Below, in pieces: positions 16,101 to 21,674 of a DNA stretch of 21,674 nucleotides (positions are counted from its first letter, which is position 1; each line of letters opens with the position of its first letter). A program made the position numbers and the translations under genes. Below the pieces are notes generated by a model, which worked only from the letters and a program-made list of their open reading frames with translations, did no database searches and was not told the origin of the DNA. Source of the DNA: Caecitellus pseudoparvulus (lineage: Eukaryota; Protista; Bigyra: Bicosoecida); assembly GCA_965644315.1 (NCBI GenBank), contig CBFFRQ010000194.1:1-21674 (forward strand), read 5' to 3'.

Positions 16101-19100
16101 GAGCCTTTGCGACAGCACATCTATCGCAACCTTGAAGAGGAGGGGGACAGAGCTCCTCCTTGGGGGACACCATTGCTGACAGGAAGGGGGCGACAAAGAC
16201 CATGGCGCGTGTTGATGGAGACCGTCGCCTTGGACATGTACTCCTTGATGACGGCCAGGAGTGGCGCAGGGAGGGAGGCAGCCTCAAGGATCTCTGTGAT
16301 GGCTGCGTGGCTCACAGAGTCGAATGCTCCCGGAAGTCCACGAAGAGTACCAGGACTTGCACTGGCGCTGTTGACTGTCGCAGGTGGCCCTTGATCACCT
16401 CTTGGAGAGCCAAGATGTGCTCATGCGTGTTGCGGTGTCGAGTGAAGCCAGCCTGCTCCTTCGACACCCATGTTTGCATCCAGGACTCCAGGCATGCAGC
16501 GGCCACTGAGGAAGAAGAGCTTCGCAGGAGGGGGGCGGCATACAATCAAGCGGTATGTGCGAGGCCGCCCAGCTTCACTCGTCTTCTTGGGGATGAGTGA
16601 CCCAATGCCTGCATGGTAGTCTGGCGGGCAGGTGCCGTGTTGCAACGCTTGGATGACGGCTTGGGAGTAGATGTCTTGGAAGCCTGGCCCAGCATACTTG
16701 ATGTGCTCTGATTGGAACTTGCCAGAGCCTGGGTGTCGATGCAAGCTGAGTGATCCCATGAGGACTTTGACTTGCTTCTTGGAGGGAAGCCATGTCACTG
16801 GCGGGGTGAAGGACTCTTGGGCTGAGGGAAGGAACCTTGCCAGCCCGTACTTCAGCGATGTTGGCCTGGGCTTGTTGTGACTCAGGATGCCAGACATCTG
16901 CTTGGCAACCTCCTCCTTCACCAGATCAGGGGAGGAGATGAGCACTCCCTGCATGGACTTCACGGACCTGATGGGAGCTCGACGGGCTCGACGACCTCGA
17001 CCTGACAGGCGCTTGATGTGTTGGTGGGCAGTGAAGGGATCCGTGACAGCGAGTTCCCTCAAGCGTGCTCGGATCCTGGACAGAGTGACATGTCGCTTCT
17101 TCTTCACAAGCCTCGTGCACTTCCGCATTGCATCCTTGCGGCATTGAAGCGTGGCGTGTAGCTCTTCAGTGGCCATGGAGATTCCCTCTCGGATGGCACG
17201 GGCGTGGTCTGGCTGAGGATGCCGACCGGTGGCAAGTGCGAGCTTCCGGTGCAGCTTGGCAATGGTCTTCCGCAGCTTGGACACGCGTGCAGTCATGGAC
17301 TTCTTGAGCCCGCTGGCCGCCTTGATGTCCATCTTCAGCTGGGGCAGAGGGTCACGTGGGGTCTTGGCCTTGCGATGTGTGTCCATAGCCGCAGCTTCGA
17401 TAGCACCGTTGAGAAGGATAGGCTCGGGGCGGCGCTGCCTGTCTGGAGCGCGGTGGCCCGCGAGCTGAGGGATCCTCGAAACATCGCTTGCGCTGCCAGC
17501 CCAGCCTCTGTCGCTGAGGTCCACCTGAGGTGGCACCGCCTGTACATGGGGGCTCTTGGATGATGTCCACACTCGCTTGGCAGGCTTCACTCGGACTTCT
17601 GCTGCAACAAGATGATGGTCACTGAGGACTAGTCGAGCGGCACTCTTTTTCGTCCCGCTGGAGAACGTTGTTGTGATGTGCAGTGGTCTGCTCAACATAC
17701 TGTGGAGGTCCTCAGTCATCAGGATGTGGTCCAGAGCCCGACCATACCTGTGCGTTGGCAGGCCACCAAGTCCGGCTGGGATCAGTGGGCCTTGCTCGCA
17801 GAGGAGCTGCATCTGCAGGATGTCTTCAGTGGGCTCGGGAATGCCGGTCCGGTTCTCCCAGTGATCTGCTCCCCACGTGCCTACCCCTTCGTCACCTGGA
17901 TGAGTGTTCAAGTCACCCATGATGACAATCATGTGGGTGAGGCGGAGCTGTTGAACAGCAGACTCAAGCTGCCGCCAAACCTCTTGCCGGTACGGAAGCT
18001 TCGTGTCCGGATCAGCGACTGGCTTCTTTCGCTGCCAAGAGTGCCAGTTGGGTACGTACGTGCGCTATGATGGCGATGGGTTGTGGGCTTGCAGGGATCG
18101 AGCAAGCAATTATGCAGCGACCATCAACGTCGAGGCCCGGGATCACTGAGCCATTGAGTCTTCGATCAAGCAGCAAGGCAACCTCACTCCGCCCGACAGG
18201 CCGATCAGGCGGGCTTGGGCGGAAGCATTCAAGGCCCATGACTTCCGTGTCGAGCAGGCCGTGCCCCCCAGGCTCTGTGACACAGAGTGCCAACATGGAC
18301 GACGCACTGCACACAGACTGGACACAGGTGACGACATCGTGGACACACTGGCCGCAGGAGCCGTGCACATTCCAAGCAGCAAGTGCGAGTGTCATGTGTC
18401 TTCCGCGGCCGACAGGGGTATGGGGTGCATCGCTACTGATCTGGTCGGCGACTTGTACAGATGTTGGGATGAGTGACAGTATGGGGTCAACCGTCTTGGC
18501 TCTCTCATCGGCAGCTGCTTGTTGGCGCGTGGTGCGGCCTACAGGGAGGTACACCCGTGTTGTCTTGCCAGTGATGAGAGTCTTTGGGTAGACAGTCTCG
18601 TCCTCAGCTACGAACGGGAGTGGGGGAAAGTCAGACCTGAGGGACAGCATGGCCAGCCGCACTCTGTCTTTGAAGGGAATCGGCTTGCCACTCAGCGGGG
18701 AGGATGAGACACGGTACACAGACTCAATGCCCATCGAGTCGAGTGTGTTCAGGCAGCCGTCGATTGGAATGTTGGTGCTCTTGAAGGGTCTCGGTCAGGG
18801 TTCCACAGTACAAGGTGTGGACTTCTCAGCGTTGACGACAATGAGCTGAAGGTGGGAGACACCTCCAGTGTCAACCAAGCTGAGAGCAAACGCGAAGTAC
18901 ACCCCAGCAAAGACTTTTGCCTCGGAGGTCATCTCTTTCTCTGCCTTGACATCAACCAGGCAGTGTCCAGACACTGTGCCGCCTTCAAGTTCCCGATGGC
19001 CCTCGTTGATACGCGTGAGCAAGAGATGAAGACCAGGGAGGAGCACAGGTGGACAGGCACTGGTGAGTGCTGCATCATCAGGCGCATGTCGGTACAGGAA

Positions 19101-20720
19101 CGATTGAAAGAGGTCAAGCTTGTCTTGCTCGGTGGTCGGCATGGAAGGTTCTGTTTCACAGACAGCATGGACCTCCGAGTCTGGTGCCAGGGTGACGCGC
19201 GCTGCTCTTCTTCAACACAGCACAGAAGGATGTCTGCGCCGCTTGGATGGTGGCTGCGTGTTGAAGAAGGACAAGGTCATCGTCATTGAAGAGTGGCTCT
19301 CCTGCTGCTGTTTCAAAAAGCAGGCCTGGACACAGTGTCGTTGGTCCTTATTGCGGAACGCGTGCGCAGAGGCGAGGAGTTGCTGCAAGGGGGAACCCAA
19401 GTCAAGGTTTGCCTGTCCAAGCCGTGCTGGTCGGCGACTGCAGTCAGCAAGTTTTAGCAGCGTAGTGGGTGCCGTGTTTGCAGGACTTGCAAGAGGTGGC
19501 TGTGCCCCGCTGCCCGATAGTGCCGCAGCTGTCGGGGACACGGGAGGAGGTCTCTGCGTGGGCTGGGCGAGTCCCATCTGCTGAAGGTCGGGCGCTTGAC
19601 TCTGGTGGACGGAAGAGGGACATGTTCAGGGGAAGGAGCAGCTTGGCCTGACGACTCGGCGGGTGCAGATGGAGGGGAGGGCGCTGTGGGGCGAGTAGTC
19701 ACGACGCCCTCCTTGAACAGTTCAGCAAAGCGCCGAGGAGGAGAGCTCTTTGTCGATGGCTTGCGTTTGCCCCTCCGTGTCTTCTTCTTCTTGGGACCGC
19801 CTTCAGCAAGGGGCTTTGGCAGTGTGCTTGGCAGCTTGTCGACAGAGCGTCATCTTCTGGAGAGACGGAGGTCCGGACAGGCTTTGGAGCACGCTTGGCG
19901 ATGGAGTGAGTGCTGGTGACATGGGCATGGACAAGCTTCAAGATCTTGGACACATCCCCACTCTCACAGGCAATGTTGGTTGCTGCCTCAGAGATCTTTT
20001 GAGCAACCTTCACTACAGAGGGAGGGGCGATCACGCTGACCCTGGCGCGCTCTGACGTGAACTGCCGCGTGTTGGAGTACACCACGCCCACAGAGCCGCC
20101 CCTTCAACATGATGATGAAGTCTTCTCGCACAGCAGCAGCAACGCGCAGGGACTTGGCAATGGCGGGGCCTTCACCGTCACTCGGCAGCGTGACAAGGAG
20201 AATGGTCTGCCCTGGTGCGGATTGTTTCAGCGCGGAATTAGCGCGCACCATCACAGGAGCAGCTCCAGGAAACTCGGCCTCCAGCTCATCTCCGAAGATG
20301 CCAAGCCACTTGCGGACGAAAAATGATGCATCTTGGCCATCCGTGCAGTCAATGTCCATGCCACCGAGCTGGAAAGTCCGGGCTGCCCTCGGCGTGACAT
20401 GTCAGTCAGCACGCCTGTTCGTGGCCGCCCTGACACACGCTGCTCCAGGCACTTGTCCGCGAAGAGCACGCCGAGGACTTGGCTGGCCTTGGATGACATG
20501 ATGATGAAGCAATGGCCTCGGGCAAGCAGTGGTGCAGCGTCCAGCCGGAGCCGCACTTAGCACTGCGTGGGGAGCGTGGCGTGCGGAAATCGCACTGCTG
20601 CTCACCCGCGCACCCAATGCAATGCACTAGCGCTGTGCAACACCACACTTGGGTGCACGAGCGCCTGGATTAGGCATTGTTAGCAATGCACAACTTATGA
20701 TTAGGTTGACATTTGGAAAG
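13115..20720 (-). mobile_element. Element C: full-length (7.6 kb) telomere-associated APE-type non-LTR retrotransposon, divergent paralog of A
   Basis: Telomeric repeats on both sides; conserved 5' and 3' termini; colinear protein homology with A over A's whole length. Confidence 0.93.
13936..20499 (-). pseudogene. Frameshifted polyprotein ORF of element C (APE, RT, CCHC); true pseudogene or sequencing-indel artefact
   Basis: About 16 ORF-track fragments carry AWNV, VTEP, GDLN, LDHI, SDH, LIPKK, QAGF, GVPQGGALS, YADD, YTYLG and CPIC..H..C in order, separated by single-base shifts. Confidence 0.85.
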
Positions 20721-20721
20721 T

Positions 20722-21674
20722 TTAGGGTTAGGGTTAGGGTTAGGGTTAGGGTTAGGGTTAGGGTTAGGTTAGGGTTAGGGTTAGGGTTAGGTTAGGGTTA
20801 GGGTTAGGGTTAGGGTTAGGGTTAGGGTTAGGGTTAGGGTTAGGGTTAGGGTTAGGGTTAGGGTTAGGGTTAGGGTTAGGGTTAGGGTTAGGGTTAGGGT
20901 TAGGGTTAGGGTTAGGGTTAGGGTTAGGGTTAGGGTTAGGGTTAGGGTTAGGGTTAGGGTTAGGGTTAGGGTTAGGGTTAGGGTTAGGGTTAGGGTTAGG
21001 GTTAGGGTTAGGGTTAGGGTTAGGGTTAGGGTTAGGGTTAGGGTTAGGGTTAGGGTTAGGGTGAGGTATAGGGATAGGGAGAGGGTTTGGGATAGGGTTA
21101 GGTTAGGGTTACGTTAGGGTTATGGAAAGGGTTAGGGTAAGGGTTAGGGTTAGGGTTAGGGTTAGGGTTAGGGTTAGGGTTAGGGTTAGGGTTAGGGTTA
21201 GGGTTAGGGTTAGGGTTAGGGTTAGGGTTAGGGTTAGGGTTAGGGTTAGGGTTAGGGTTAGGGTTAGGGTTAGGGTTAGGGTTAGGGTTAGGGTTAGGGT
21301 TAGGGTTAGGGTTAGGGTTAGGGTTAGGGTTAGGGTTAGGGTTAGGGTTAGGGTTAGGGTTAGGGTTAGGGTTAGGGTTAGGGTTAGGGTTAGGGTTAGG
21401 GTTAGGGTTAGGGTTAGGGTTAGGGTTAGGGTTAGGGTTAGGGTTAGGGTTAGGGTTAGGGTTAGGGTTAGGGTTAGGGTTAGGGTTAGGGTTAGGGTTA
21501 GGGTTAGGGTTAGGGTTAGGGTTAGGGTTAGGGTTAGGGTTAGGGTTAGGGTTAGGGTTAGGGTTAGGGTTAGGGTTAGGGTTAGGGTTAGGGTTAGGGT
21601 TAGGGTTAGGGTTAGGGTTAGGGTTAGGGTTAGGGTTAGGGTTAGGGTTAGGGTTAGGGTTAGGGTTAGGGTTA
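20722..21674 (+). repeat. Terminal telomere (TTAGGG)n, at least 950 bp, G-strand running to the window end
   Basis: Direct reading; degenerate patch at ~21061-21140. Confidence 0.99.

Noticed and set aside
3032-20648. Many short overlapping ORFs on both strands
   Set aside because: Expected in GC-rich DNA; only the minus-strand frames homologous among A, B and C are supported
21061-21140. Degenerate telomeric patch including TGGAAAG resembling the element 5' junction
   Set aside because: Roughly keeps the 6-nt periodicity; most simply base-calling noise or variant repeats, and the 7-nt match is too short

Overview
A eukaryotic chromosome end with TTAGGG telomeres. Bases ~68-3035 are an AT-rich block: hairpin and tandem repeats upstream of an intronless viral-type (D5/SF3-like) helicase ORF, which stops at a single GGTTAG. 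From there a head-to-tail array of three related but divergent GC-rich non-LTR retroelements runs to the terminal telomere. All lie on the minus strand (3' end proximal, 5' end distal) and are separated only by telomeric repeats. A (3036-9853) is 5'-truncated, with ~2000 open codons: putative Cys-protease-like domain, APE endonuclease, RT, CCHC knuckle and an unknown C-terminal domain. B (10164-13086) has both termini, but its ORF stops just before APE/RT, so it is non-autonomous. C (13115-20720) is full-length with many single-base frameshifts that may be sequencing errors. All three 3' ends join the G-strand at GGTTAG with no poly(A), and all share a ~200-nt 3' end with covarying stems. B and C share a precise 88-nt 5' end. 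My inference is a HeT-A/TART-like autonomous plus non-autonomous telomeric retrotransposon system coexisting with telomerase-type repeats, which may have healed a break in an endogenous viral-like gene. Host and family novelty cannot be established without database searches.
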